A stretch of DNA of 46,331 bases from Desulfotomaculum sp. (GTDB taxonomy: Bacteria; Bacillota; Desulfotomaculia; Desulfotomaculales; Desulfohalotomaculaceae), in the NCBI GenBank assembly GCA_021129825.1, contig JAJOKO010000108.1, positions 1 through 46,331 of the forward strand, given 5' to 3'. Below, piece after piece: positions 46,109 through 46,331 of this stretch. The notes under the pieces were generated by a model that was not told the origin of the DNA, did no database searches, and worked only from the letters and a program-made list of their open reading frames with translations. The first letter of the stretch is position 1. Each line of letters starts with the position of its first letter. A program made the position numbers and the translations under genes.

Positions 46109-46276
46109 TTTTTTATAAAAAACATCTTGACAAATAGCGACTGGTGTTTATAATGTATATATACGTTATATTCACTATCCAACGAAGATATTATGGTGTA
46201 TACCATCAAAGGAGAGATACAATAATGTCCCATCCAGTGTTGAATTTAGTTAAAAAAGATTTGTTAATTATCAATC
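46109..46276 (+). pseudogene. Deletion-derivative paralog of the GntR/ABC operon
   Basis: 46109-46183 aligns with the promoter/operator at 41563-41634. 46184-46265 aligns with the ATPase 3' end plus permease start at 42885-42967. The permease remnant (ATG 46225, MSHPVLNLVKKDLLIIN) is cut by a MITE at 46277. Confidence 0.8.
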
Positions 46277-46331
46277 GTGCGTGTTCGAAAAGGGTACCAT
46301 TTAGCACATTTAAAATTTACATATTAATCCA
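46277..46331 (+). mobile_element. Left end of a family A MITE, cut by the window edge
   Basis: GTGCGTGTTCGAAAAGGGTACCATTTAGCACATTTAAAATTTACATATTAATCCA matches 37012-37066, apart from one base (A for G at 46311), and 15174-15229. Confidence 0.85.

Overview
AT-rich chromosomal segment from a spore-forming low-GC Firmicute, probably Clostridia-like. Evidence for that placement: codY, ytaF, a SleB-type hydrolase, and the Bacillus-like order dprA-topA-trmFO-xerC-hslV-hslU-codY. Core content: the 3' part of the trp operon (trpF, trpB, trpA), polA-mutM-ytaF, murT-gatD, tatA, a GT4 glycosyltransferase, comFB, a UPF0182 membrane protein, ddl, tRNA-Trp, dedA, a secreted nuclease, pfkA-pyk, and a YtrA-type GntR/ABC/lipoprotein module. 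Accessory content: five toxin-antitoxin loci (a reversed hicB/hicA-like pair inside the trp operon, mazEF, MNT-HEPN, a solo hicB-like gene, and a decayed hicAB), a YdbS/YdbT PH-domain pair, an orphan membrane protein and an EAL-CBS-GGDEF protein. The most unusual signal is non-coding. (1) A family of miniature transposons has 16-bp terminal inverted repeats (GTGCGTGTTCGAAAAG), 5-bp AT-rich target duplications and shuffled GC-rich hairpin modules. There are at least nine full or partial copies and no transposase in the window. One copy sits inside hicA and another truncates a permease paralog. (2) Tandem heptamer arrays (NNCTGAY) lie at gene ends and resemble cyanobacterial STRR repeats. (3) A separate long palindromic repeat sits in the xerC-hslV-hslU spacers. 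(4) A conserved hairpin core is carried in two degenerate elements and shows wobble and compensatory changes. Also seen: a SleB-like gene with one frameshift and one in-frame stop, a deletion-derivative copy of the GntR operon promoter, and an 11-bp tandem repeat made of stacked TATAAT boxes. I did not recognise a complete, obviously novel protein-based system. The candidates are listed with their limits.
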